From Phoronis australis (taxonomy: Eukaryota > Animalia > Phoronida), in assembly GCA_002633005.1 (NCBI GenBank), contig NMRA01000508.1, positions 1-39,352 of the forward strand: a stretch of 39,352 bases of DNA, written 5' to 3'. The stretch's first letter is position 1. Each line of letters opens with the position of its first letter. The notes under the pieces were generated by a model, which searched no databases, had not been told where the DNA came from, and saw only the letters and a list, made by a program, of their open reading frames with translations. A program made the position numbers and the translations under genes. This document shows positions 9,641 to 21,100 of the stretch, in pieces.

Positions 9641-12164
9641 GTCAAACTATCGCCCTGGTTTCCATCATGGACATGTCCTTCAGTAGCCTGTAATTTCAAA
9701 ACAGTGGCTTCGTTAAGTTTCATGAATAACGTTGAGATGAACAAGTTGTTAAGGTAAAGGAAAGTTTCAAGTGACAGACAACTGAGTGCTTAGTTTATGC
9801 GTTGAACTGCATGACAGTTTTTCAAGCAAAATACAAAGTCGTCTGCTACAGATCAGGCAGGTCTGCAGTATAAAGATAAGGATTAACAATATGATTATTT
9901 ATTCAAAAATCTGAAAGTCAATCACCATGAACAAGTTTGGATTGCTTAAAATTGGTTCAGTTTTTGCTAGGACGTTCAGATTGGCGAAATTAACATAATT
10001 AATCTACATGTACGCGGAATAACGTTTCTAAATCGAACGTAGGAACTAAAGAGGTATCTGATATGCCGCTTTTCGTGACACCAAATCTCTTCCTGGTGAC
10101 ACTGGTGTATGCCATGGTGAAAGGAGCTATGGGATTAATTATAAAAGAATTCATAATTAATTAATTCTAATCAAACTTTCAAACTTTTCCAGTTGTCAAC
10201 GGAAGCCGATGCGAACAAATCTGCAGAAAATATCGCTTTCGACGACATGACAGAGAGAAAGAAGTACGGGGTTAGACCTACATGTATTAGTCTGCCGCTG
10301 GTCACAGTGCCGAATATCTCTGTAAAGCTCCCAAAGGTGTCGTTTCACTTCATGCAGCTACTAAAGCCTGTTTCTCTTAAGCAGTTCTTTGTCGGCGGAT
10401 TGAAACTTTTTAACAATGAATTAGTGGGGAGATACGTCCAGCCCCTCGGTCGGCTCTCCCGTTCTGTACCGTACATGTACGTTTTCCCGAAATTAGGTTT
10501 TCATGTTCATCGTCGAGTCGGGATATACTACAGCGTGTTGCAGCGTGGGCGGCGTCAGATTGAAAATTAAGTATAAAACAATAACGTGTGTCACCAAAAC
10601 AAGGATTGCGGTTCAGCGATTGGCCGTAAAGGACGGCATAATGCAGAGATCTACGTCTGATGCTTCGCCTCTATAGTTTCAAAGATCATAACAGAAGCGC
10701 AATGGATCGTTGCGCGCAGGACAAAAACTTGTCCCGTCAGGAAATTTACGTCGTCAAAGCTCCGGAAGGTAAAATCGTGCTACCCAAATTTGTTGCGAAG
10801 AGCGTTTGCATTGAAATACATTCGAAAAGCCAAGTCATGTGCTACAAAAATAGTCCGTCCACCCATTGAATTCATGAACGCACATGGTACAGTGTACGAC
10901 ATGTACGTTCAACTCATCCAAACGCCGAAGACGCCGTATGTCGCAGGCGCAAAAGCAACGACGCAGGCGAATCCGCTGTTTTAGCATGCCGGTCCGGCAT
11001 AATCCGCGACTAAGTGCACAAGAGAACTTTGTTCAGCCCTCATCCCACAGACAACCTTTAGTTGGAAATTGGGTCTCTTCAAGATCGCCTATCTCTGTAA
11101 TTCCTGAAGGAGATACGCCGCCATCTATTGTCGCTGAAGGGAACGAAAATAGGATAAGAAAAATATTTCGAAAACGGAAGCCGAAGACGGCTTATCTACC
11201 AGAAAGAGCATTCAGGTAAGCTTTCAATTTTCATGGCTCACTGATTGAAAAAAAAATGAACTTTACGAGTATACCGTGTTAACGTACGAGTTTCAATAAC
11301 TAGGTGCCAATAAATACACTGTAAGAGCAATAGCAGATTCTCAAGATAAATGTACGAATCTAACAGATATCAAACTCAGCACACACCATACGCAGGTTTC
11401 GGATGAATGGGAGGTTCCGGGCATCACATAAGAAAGCTCCCTCCATAAAAAACCTCTCCAAGCATCGTGTAAGCTGATGGACCTGGGGCCCGTTCCAACC
11501 AACTGACTTAAACTGATCTTAGATTAACTAAAGTCTAAGGTTTGTTTCAATTTCCACATTCGGTAAAATAATCAAAATTAAGACAGAATATAAGTATAAA
11601 TTTAAGTAAAGTTTAAGACCTCTTTCTTGCAACGGCCTTGAGACCAATTTACTGTTGATTTGTCTTTCCTGAGTCAATTTTTAGGAACGGGTCCCTGATT
11701 CGTGCGTTTTTTTTTTGTTTTTTTTTTTGATGTAATGGCGGGGGACCTATTCGCAAAATTGGAGCCAAATTCAGTATCCATCTAGCTAAACACGTAACTG
11801 TTTCCCTTTTTTACAGGTACAAAATAAAAGATGGGGATTATACCGTAGTCGGCGAAGGAGCTTCAGGCACACTGTATGCTGGAACTTACGTAAATGACGC
11901 TACGGGAATTGAGCAACAGGCGTGTGTTAAGAACTATTTGCGCGGCGACGTGAAGTCAACATCTAACACGGAATACCAATGTCTACGGGCCCTTGCTCGG
12001 TATAAATGTGTCCCCGAACCGTTTGGCTTGTACCTGACACCAACGGCTGACGACGAAGACCAACCGATAGTTGGACTTGTAATGGAACTTATAGATGGTT
12101 TGACACTAGCAGACTACATAGACAACCACCTCGATAATGCGTTAGTGGACCTAGTGTCGCTGCC
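9641..12164 (+). repeat. Copy A of an inverted segmental duplication (partner 32947-37220)
   Basis: Continuous by-eye alignment to the reverse complement of 32947-37220 once the 33624-35490 insertion is removed; shared ORF peptides (STEADANKSAENIAFDDM, MSQAQKQRRRRIRCF, GDVKSTSNTEYQCL). Ends at the N at 12165. Confidence 0.92.
11486..11694. mobile_element. PIF/Harbinger-like MITE in kinase intron (shared by both copies)
   Basis: TIR GGGCCCGTTCC / GGAACGGGTCC with 3-bp CTG duplication (11483-11485, 11695-11697). Confidence 0.65.
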
Positions 12165-12165
12165 N
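12165..12165. other. Assembly gap or ambiguous base
   Basis: Single N followed by a C run; homology to copy B stops exactly here, in mid-exon. Confidence 0.9.
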
Positions 12166-13079
12166 CCCCCCCCATAGCGCTTATTAATATACACTAGCAA
12201 AAATGGATGTAATCGAAATGACTACTGGGTGAGTTTGAGAATGCGTAAACATCTTGGGTCCGACTATTGAACCCAACAGCTGAATCCACCTACCTACCGT
12301 TATGACAATGGTCTTAATGTCTTCCTGAGTTAAAAATGGATGATTTCTGGATTGAGAATTTACCGACACTTCGCATCAGTACTTAAGACCAGACTATAAG
12401 CATGTTTGTCACGGCTGGTTACTTTCTGTGCTCAACTTGGTGTTCAAGAAAAACAAATTATGAGTTTCTATAACCACATTAGACATTTCTCAAGTTACTA
12501 AGCAACAGGCGACACGTCAGTTTTTTGGCGGTCGTCTAATCAAGTAAAGATCATCTGCTTTGACAGAACAATGTTTTTGTTGCTATATGTAGCCAAGACA
12601 TGGGCCTCTTGTAAACGATACACTGTAATTGACGCAGCAGCTATTTTGTTAACAATGTGCTTTTTACTACTGACATGTCTTTTTATTCAGCTACGGTGCC
12701 ATTCCATCAGGCAGCAACGTACGATGTGACCACCTGGCACCAGAAGTGCGCAACGGGGAGTTAACATCTGTACGCTCGGATGTTTATTCATTTGGGAAAG
12801 CATTCTAGGCGTTTGTGACGCCCTTGAAGAAGATATTCCCGCCATTTACAAGAAAGCAATGAATTACCTCCTGCTTGTCGGACTGCAGTGTCGATCGGAT
12901 GATGTTAAATGCAGGACACGCAACATGTTGCCAGTTATAAAGAACATCGAAGGAGTTTTAAAGATGATCACTTGAAGCTCAAGACGGTTAACGGCTGAGA
13001 TTGGTATCGAAAGTGTGATCGACGTCAGGAACCGTCACCGCTGAGTTGCCGAGTGAATGAGAAAGTGGACTCGTAATTC

Positions 13080-13122
13080 TATTATTATTATTATTATATT
13101 ATTATTATTATTATTATTATTA
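13080..13122. repeat. (ATT)n microsatellite
   Basis: attattattattatt... with one interruption; explains the poly-I/poly-L ORF at 13057. Confidence 0.95.
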
Positions 13123-13324
13123 CAAATGTTATATGTTAAAAAGATTAAAATGAGATATTTGTTTCTTACACATGTTGATATTCTTCAAAGTCTTGCATTA
13201 CGAAGTGGAAAAGGTTTCAATGACATTTACCAATCGTTCTCGTCATCACAGAGGAAATGATCAACACCTGACTACGTCACGAATCGGTGGTTTTCTAGAA
13301 GAGATAATTGAATCCGCGCAAAAG

Positions 13325-15073
13325 CAGGGCCGTAGGAAGCGGGGGGTGGTAGTGGGGCGCGGGCCCCCAAAAATTTTCAGGCGTCAGGGTTAAACCGTGG
13401 CAACCGACACATGCGTGGGGCAGGGGCAGTCGAGAAAAGAAAGAATGCTAAATGCAGATATGAGAGAAAACTCAAGATAACATTTAAGAACTCAGTATCA
13501 GTGCATGGTTTACCTTTTGAGGACCCTGGCCAGGATAATGTTGTTGGGGTCTCCGCTTTTGCAGTACAGATCGTCTAAATGCACTTGGAAACGTTCACCT
13601 AATTATTCATGCATATATTTGGAAAAATCGACACAATTTGTAAAGCGAAGCTTATGCGAAGCTTATTCAGTAATTTACTGGATATTCGAATTCAGTAAGT
13701 CAATTTTGCGACTGCAAAACCTAGGCTATATTTTTCCAGAGGCCCCTCTCCGGCAAGGGATAACGGGGACAACTGTCTCTTTTTTCTGGAATTGTATATC
13801 ACTTGAGAAGAAGTGATATCTTGACAGATGCTGCACATTTCATGAAAATATAAATATTTTCGCATAGAGGTGCCCCACGTCTGAAGGAGGTCACTGATGA
13901 GATTTAAGTGACCACTGTTTTTATATTTCTATTGACAAACTCTTATAAATAAGGGTACACTCAAGGAGAGAGGACCCGATGTTGGACTCAGTTACGTCTA
14001 TTTTCCTGTTTTTTGTGAAATCGTGCAACAATTTTTAATGTTGAAGAAGGTCACTTCTTGTGCCGTCATCAGACCACACGACGGTGGAATGAACTGTCAC
14101 TCTTTTCCAAGCTTAATGATGTTTAGCTTTTCATACTAAGGTGTCTAAGTTCAGACTGGACCCTCTCTCGGTGGAGCAAGTCGGAGAAATGTCCCTCTTT
14201 ACATGTATATCCGACACTGCATGCGCGCGCAGCCTTCAATATGGGGGGCTCGACGATGTGGACCTTTTACCTCCAAAAAGTACGAAGAAAAAACGGGGTA
14301 CCGCGTCCAGAGCTGTGAATTGTGCGTTTGCGCTCTTTTAGTGGACTTTGTCTCGTTTTCTAGGACTTGTTGTTCCTCTGAGGAGGATATTTTTGCCCAC
14401 TTCGTCAAATGGGGGGGTGGGGGGTTGGGTTCGTTGGACCGCCCCGAGACCCACCCCGGGTGCGTACATGCACTGCCAAGTATTCACGAGGGAAATTCTG
14501 ATTCGAATTTCAACAAAAAAACAAAATATTCGTGCACAGCACAGCAGGTATCAAGACATTTGACCCAAATAACCAGAAAAAAATGAGAAAAAATTGGACC
14601 GCCATCGTAACGGAACTATGGCTAAGTATAGGCTCTCCCTCGATATCCCAGGCGACCGGTAGTGGCGCTGCGCAACACGACTCCGTTTCTGTCAAGTCTG
14701 CTTCACTGTGCAATGAAGAAAATTACTTCATTTTTTAAAGAAAATGGAATCTGAGTGACAATAAAAAACAGAAGCTGCTGGTAAGATGTGAATTTTAATC
14801 GAAGCCTTAGTCAATAACTCAGAATTCTCTTTGTCAAACCTCGCGTCCATGATTAATGCCAACAAAAAACGGATTTGGGCTTTTGGGCAATTGAAGACTA
14901 TTTTAAGTACAACTTTGTTACGAAATGATTGCACAAAATAGAAAAAGTGCAATAAGCATTACAAAAAGAAGTAGATTTCGCGCGTGACGATAGCAAGGGG
15001 GAAGGTTGGTGAAGCCCAATTGGTTTTTGCCCACCCCCAATATTTTTTTCCTTCCTATACATGTACGGGCCTG
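13325..15073 (+). mobile_element. Decayed hAT-like element with apparent 5-bp TSD
   Basis: Left TIR CAGGGCCGTAGGAAG; right TIR CTTCC[TATACATG]TACGGGCCTG; AAAAG on both flanks (13320-13324, 15074-15078); broken peptides LLVPSS..VE / LFSKLN / SKFRLDPLSVEQ at ~14050-14180 recall the hAT dimerisation domain. Confidence 0.6.
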
Positions 15074-15914
15074 AAAAGGGATTGCTTTAAATTTCAGGCT
15101 GTCAAACTGAAAGTGCGTTTGTGTGGGTCACGGTATTATCGACAACGAAAGTAATTTTCCAAGATCGACTCCAGCGAGGTATCGAAACTGAGACAATCGC
15201 GGTTGCAGTCCAACGCTCTTGAGGTGGAGCGCAACGCAACACCGGTTTCTATTTCAGCGAATGGCTGGCAGACAACGGAGAGATCTGGCGAGTTGTAATG
15301 TAACCAACAAAACACAAAAATGGTCAAAGCTAATACTTTAGTTTCTCCCGACCATCAATAAACCCAAAATGTTTTTTCGTTCGTAAAACGGATGTCCTTT
15401 TTCAAATACACAATAAGTTTTTAGTCAAAACATAAATTGTCCCTTAAAGGATACCAAACCCGGATTTGGCCTGTAAACATACATGTATACTAAGAACTAC
15501 TTTCCCATTCAGTTTTCTGCAACAAAATAAAGCTCTGCAACCCTCGACAACATTCAAATGTTTGGGAACAACTGAAATCTCCTTTCAAAGTATGCAAAAT
15601 GGGCAAACGTGTCCTACACTTTTAGCGCACTACACCGCAACTGTTCGGAAAAAAAAAACACCCACCAAGGACCAGAATGTTCAATGTGTGACATTGCGAA
15701 TACGAGTTTTTAGTTGATTCATGTCCCTTTAACTAAGAAGACCGACGGCAGTGATGCATTAGCAGGTGACAGAAACGATCCTCAGTCCGATGCTGCCCCA
15801 GCATTGTCAAAAATAGGCATTGAGAGATATTTTAATACGTCACCATAGCGTGTAACAACGAGGTGATAGTGCACACATTTGATTTAGGCCAGAACAGAAT
15901 CACGAACTTTAAAT

Positions 15915-16135
15915 TAGCGCGTAAGTAAATAACGACATATCTATCCAACGTTTCGGTTCATCACTCTGAACCATTCTCAAAGAAACAGTTCACAGACTTT
16001 ATTTTGACGTGTACCTGTACAGTCTCTTCTCTACCTGTGTCGCCTGTTTTGAGTCTGTGAACTGTTTCCTTGAGAATGGTTTAGAGTAATAAACCGAAAC
16101 GATGGACAGATATGTCGTAATTTACTTACCCGCTA
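15915..16135. repeat. Long imperfect palindrome (84-bp arms, 53-bp loop) carrying Penelope-type minimal hammerhead motifs
   Basis: 15915-15998 is the inverted copy of 16052-16135; each arm has TTGAGAA-T-stem-GAAAC. Confidence 0.75.
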
Positions 16136-17963
16136 GTACATCTTAAATTTTGCTATTTCGAAAATTTGGTCCAAGCTCCAATTTTGGGCAAAATAATTGA
16201 ATTTTCACTGCCCCAAACTGGTTCAGTGACGTTTCTAGATAGCAGTGACATTGAAAATCTGATAAGATTTTTCCACTGCTGAATGTTCCAAGAAACCGAT
16301 TTCCTGACATTACAAAACACCTGTCAATCATTTAGCATCTTCTACCAGTTACCTAAAGCATAGTGGGAACTACTCTCCTCCATGGTATCCCTAAGTTACG
16401 GCCTTTGACGGAGATTTTGGGGAAATTGACAGAGCTTGGCTTCCCGTAAATGATACAAATTAACCAGTTACATGGACACCATTAATTTGAAGCAAGCCTG
16501 ATGAATACAACAAGTACTAGGGAAAATTGTATTGAGTACGAGATACAACGAAACATTCAAGGCGTAAAATTCACGCTGTGGCAATATTTGTGTCACTACA
16601 AACAACACAGCTCTTGTATCCCATAATATTCCTGCATAAATCATATCCCAAATATCAATTTTCTTAACATCTAGATACAGCGCTTGGTTGTCTTGCAATG
16701 TGCGGCAGTTCGATTATTAAGAAAAGTACAGAGTGTAAAAGAGTACAGAGAATATTCTTTAAGCCATGTACTTTGTCACATGACTGCACTTTATCTTTAA
16801 TTGTTGGTTTAAATAAAGAATAGTAACAGTTTGAATACTCCAAGCTTCTTCAAGAAACTTGCCTTTCTGCAAAAAAATAATTTGTACAACTACCATCGAC
16901 TTGATATAAGAGCAACTCTAAGACTTATATTACTTTGTTCTTCAAAATAAACTGGCCAGCATCAAAATTCAGTCATGGCAAATGTCCATTTTGTTTTGAC
17001 AAGAACATGTTAAATTCCAAAAAAATTTTGACAAGACCTCGACTGGTCGAATCCAAGACATGTGCCTGAAGTTTTGTTCAAAGTAAAAAGTTAGTGACAT
17101 TGAGCAATAATCACACATTAAACTCTGACAAAAGTTCGACGAAATGTCACTTTATTCCAGCACGCACTTGACTATAATGCCAAAAAATTCTGACAAGAAA
17201 TTTGTCTAAGTTAGACAGAGTCTGAAAGAAATTTGCTCAGTTTATTTTGAAATCCTGCGTATCCATGTTGCACTTTCATATTAGACAGACCTTGTAATAC
17301 ATGTACAACACTGGCACTTGATACACAGGCACCAAGAACTTTTGAAATGCACCCACAACTGAACAGCAAATGGAATCCTTGTGGGAGTCTTTATTACTAA
17401 AAATGGCGACTCTCTGGCACAGAATACATTGAACCTATCTAAAATGGGAAGGTGATGTCATCTCCACAACAGAAACCTATTTTTCGTGAAAAATCCTCTT
17501 GGCACTATTTAAGGTACAGAGTTAAACACAAAAAATAAAATTGCCACTAGGGGGCAGAATAAAATAAATTTCTGTGAAAATGAAAAACCATTGGTGTCTC
17601 CACAATTGACATCTATTGGCCATACGTCAACAAATTCATCAAACAAAATCAGAAGACACAGAAGCAAACGTAAAACATAAAATTGCCACAAGAGGGCACA
17701 GAAGTCATACGTTGTCAGTTTAACAGAAACCTGCCAAGTATCATTAAAAGGCCAGGTGATTCTTGGATACAGCAGAGGGCGCCAGGCGTCTGATGACAGC
17801 AATAATCACCCACACATGTATGTGTGGGTGCATAAAAAAGGCTCAGTTTGATTTCTACACACAGCTATGTTGGAGTCTGTCCCCGCAATGTGTCATAGCA
17901 CATGGAAGGGGCAGGGATACCCCTTGATGGATTTGTGAGAAAAGGAAGAGTGGAGTTATGCCA

Positions 17964-18100
17964 TCAAACTGACACGTTAGGTGTTGGGGGTGGAGCCTCC
18001 ATTCTCGGCATAATGATGGACCGCAATTCACTGTTCAGTTCTGCTACCTGTGTGTCTTGCTGCTCATAGGACTTGATGGCCTGAGTAAACTGTATCAAAC
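17964..18100 (-). CDS. C12orf57: Protein C10 exon 3
   Basis: Acceptor cattgcag; GLIQFTQAIKSYEQQD...NVSV*; TGA at 17966-17964. Confidence 0.9.
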
Positions 18101-21100
18101 CTGCAATGACAAGGATCTCAGATCACAAATGTTTTAAGCCTGGACTGCACGCCACCTGTTGGCCACATCATAAATATAAAGGATCATATGAAGATTAAAG
18201 TCAGAAATTTATTTCACGAAAGATCAGATTTCTTATTTTTCCGCACTGTTACTTTAAAATCTCCCCAATTTTGGACAAAATGTTGTCAACATTGGTTCCC
18301 ACAATTTACAATTCCTGCAATGTCTCTAAATATACCGTGACCATATAAAATAATTACAGGTGGTCTGGTGAATATTGTTCCAGACGTGCCTAGGCTCCAG
18401 GTGTGGGCCTATTGCAATGATCACCTGGAACTTAATCATTACTTTCCTGAGAAATGTGACAAACAGAATTTCACATGACGGCCCATAGGGTGCTCTGACG
18501 AAGATTCACTACAACATGTTATTTGGACATAATTACCATCGCCATCATTTGAAAATCCATATTTTTGTATCACACCCATTTGTAACTGAGTGTAAATGGG
18601 GAACACTGTCTGCATTGTCTTCATCATATCATTGCCTGCACTCTCTTTAGCCTCTTCCAGTTGACCTGCATTGCTAGGATCTCGGAAACACCCCAGGATA
18701 TCCGTCAAAGCATCTGAAACGATTCATCAATTTGAAATGAAACTACAGTGCCTACAGCTATAATCATGACATATAGGGGGCGCTGTGAACAAACGTCGAT
18801 GTTCTAAGCGTAGCCCAAAAAAGTTTGATGTATAAGCAACTTGTTGCCCAAATCTACACATCATGTCCATTTGCAACTTTACAGTGAATCATGTCTCTAG
18901 TTGGACCCACTAGATGGCACTAATAGGAGCTTCATAGGTCGGCTTGCTGGTTCCCTGCATTCCTCGGTGAAGTTTTTTACACCAGCATTTCTGATTGGCT
19001 AGTCGAATTCTCAACACGCAGTGCTTTACGCAAACAAACTGGCATGACTGATGGACTGAAGTGTAAATGTGGTCTGTTGTACAGACAAATCGGTGCTTAA
19101 AATTTGTGTTCAGGAAATGTGAAGCCTAGAAATTGTGATTGCGCCTTTTTGGAATGCGTCTTTCTACTGTCGATGACTTTTGTTTACGATAGTGACCTGT
19201 ATTCATACATTATGAATAACACACCGGTTAAATCGGCCAGATATGTTATTGTACATGTATGTGCTTCAAGCTCGCGACTATTAAACATCATAATGATTGC
19301 AGAAACCAAATAGTTACTGCAACCACTTGCAGTGACAAGGCGGCTAAAAATCGTTCACAGTCCGCCATTCTTTCACCTAACCAATGACTGCCAAGGTTAC
19401 ATCGACCAATGCTAAAGCGCATGCCACTGCGTGATACCTGCGTGCTGGCAGGGTTAAGCACGCAATGAACCAGTGAGCATAGGTCGGAAGCTTTCTGGAT
19501 AAAGATACGTAAAGAAAACAACAAAAATGGATCACTCAAATTTTCGGATATAATAACATCCTTCGTCAACAGAAACAGAAACAGAAATAAAGTAAAATCA
19601 AACACTATACGACAATTGACATCTGATATATGGCGTAATGAGCAAATTAAAGCACATTAAAGCTTTTCAGCAAATTATGCCTCACACTGAATAAAACATC
19701 AAAGTCATGTTGTTATAAGATCTTTTTGTGCATAGCAGGTCACCTCGGGAGGCTGTCAATGTCTTATTTCCTTCCATCTCGAACAGATACTCCCTTAATC
19801 AAACTTTTTCTTTAGCAGTCCTTCCTTCAGTTGCCCATGAACGCCATTCTTACAATGAGCACAATGCTATTTTTACTGCGCTAACCAGACAGGAGTCCCT
19901 GCAACCTTACATTTGGCCAGTTCCCAACTTTCGCAACTCAAGGAAGAACTGCTCGAAGAAAAAGTTTGATTACAAGAGTAAATTTGCTCGAACGAAATAA
20001 AGACATCGACTGCCTCCAGGCTAAGGTGACCCCCAATGCACATAAGGAACTTAATAACAATGTGACTGATGTTTTAAGGGGCAGTCCATATAAAAACCAG
20101 TAGATTTTCAAAAATCAGTCAAAATGTCAAAATTCTAAACAACTTCATTTTGTGTACATGGATAGGTATCCTAACAAAAACCCAAATGCCAAATTTTGTG
20201 CACTCAATGAACCCTAATTTCGCCATTGGATCATGAGAACACAAATTGGCACAATTGGGCACATTAGCAGTCTCAAAAATGGTATGTTTTCAGCAACAAA
20301 AATGAGTAACATACATATTTTAGTGGCTGAAATAACCAATGTATACTGTGCTAAATTCTGTGCCATTTATTAAAATCTGAGTTTTGTGCTAGACAGGGGA
20401 GATAATCCACAGACCAATTTTGGGGCTTATTTTAGTGGCCGTTTTTGTGACCTTGTTACTGCCATAAAACACCTTGTAGCCTTATGTGACGCTTAGAACA
20501 TACAGTTAAAGAGTTAGTCTCGATGACTGAGCAATAAAAAATCTTGCCTCAACTTTACACTTTAGCGAAAATTGTCTTGCAAAACTGTCTATTTTCATAG
20601 TTTGGAAATGACTAGCAGAGTTTACAGGCCATTTGAACAAACTTTTAGACAAGAAGTCTGATTTATATAGATGTTTAAAACAAGATGTTTTTTGGGTTTA
20701 TTACGCAGCCAGGATCAAAACTGAACTCGATGACCTTTGCCCACTGAGTGAGTCAGTTGAGGTTAAGCTTGAGGATATGTAACAAATGCACGTGTAACCC
20801 TCTTATTTTCTTTCATTTCCTTTACATTATCAGGTTAATTTAAACACTGTAGAAATAAATGCCTTTAAGTTTTAACGAATAAGAATTGATATTTGTAACG
20901 ACTGGTTTTGAGAGAAACAAGGGTATTTTAAAAAGACAAAATGGTGGACGATGTCGATGGGCCTTCCTGTTCCTTTAGTTTATTCGGCAAAAAAATCCGA
21001 TCACAAAAGCTTTGTGCTTTAGAGAGTCATGTCAAAGACACCACTGAACATTTGAGATACAGGAAAGTAGCTCACAAAGCAAGGCCTGTGCCAGAGTACG

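Larger units (their letters stand above)
10193..12975 (+). pseudogene. Protein kinase gene copy A, frameshifted and interrupted by an assembly gap
   Basis: Exons 10193-11215 (ttccag acceptor, AG|gtaag donor, several frameshifts), 11817->12164 (GEGASG, ACVK, NTEYQCL; cut by N) and 12691-12975 (HLAPEV, SDVYSFG, 1-nt frameshift near 12803, TGA 12973-12975). Splice phases are mutually consistent (phase 2). Confidence 0.8.
17544..18920. promoter_or_regulatory. Cluster of CTCF-consensus-like motifs
   Basis: CCACTAGGGGGCAG 17544, CCACAAGAGGGCAC 17686, ACAGCAGAGGGCGC 17769, CCAACAGGTGGCGT (-) 18149-18162, CATATAGGGGGCGC 18770, CCACTAGATGGCAC 18907. Confidence 0.5.

Noticed and set aside
13057-13260. 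Membrane peptide with poly-Ile/Leu
   Set aside because: Translation of an (ATT)n microsatellite.
15444-15732. Kolobok-like MITE between TTAA sites
   Set aside because: Ends AGGATACC versus AGGGACAT match poorly; TTAA is common here.
17199-17226. U7 snRNA (AATTTGTCTAAG resembles the U7 Sm site, and human RNU7-1 neighbours C12orf57)
   Set aside because: No TCTTT-type histone downstream element complement upstream, only a weak hairpin, and it sits among degenerate ttgacaag repeats.
18360-18500. H/ACA snoRNA in C10 intron 2 (hairpin tccaggtg/cacctgga, AAAGTA H-box, ACA)
   Set aside because: I could not build two convincing hairpins with correct ACA spacing; needs a snoRNA scan.
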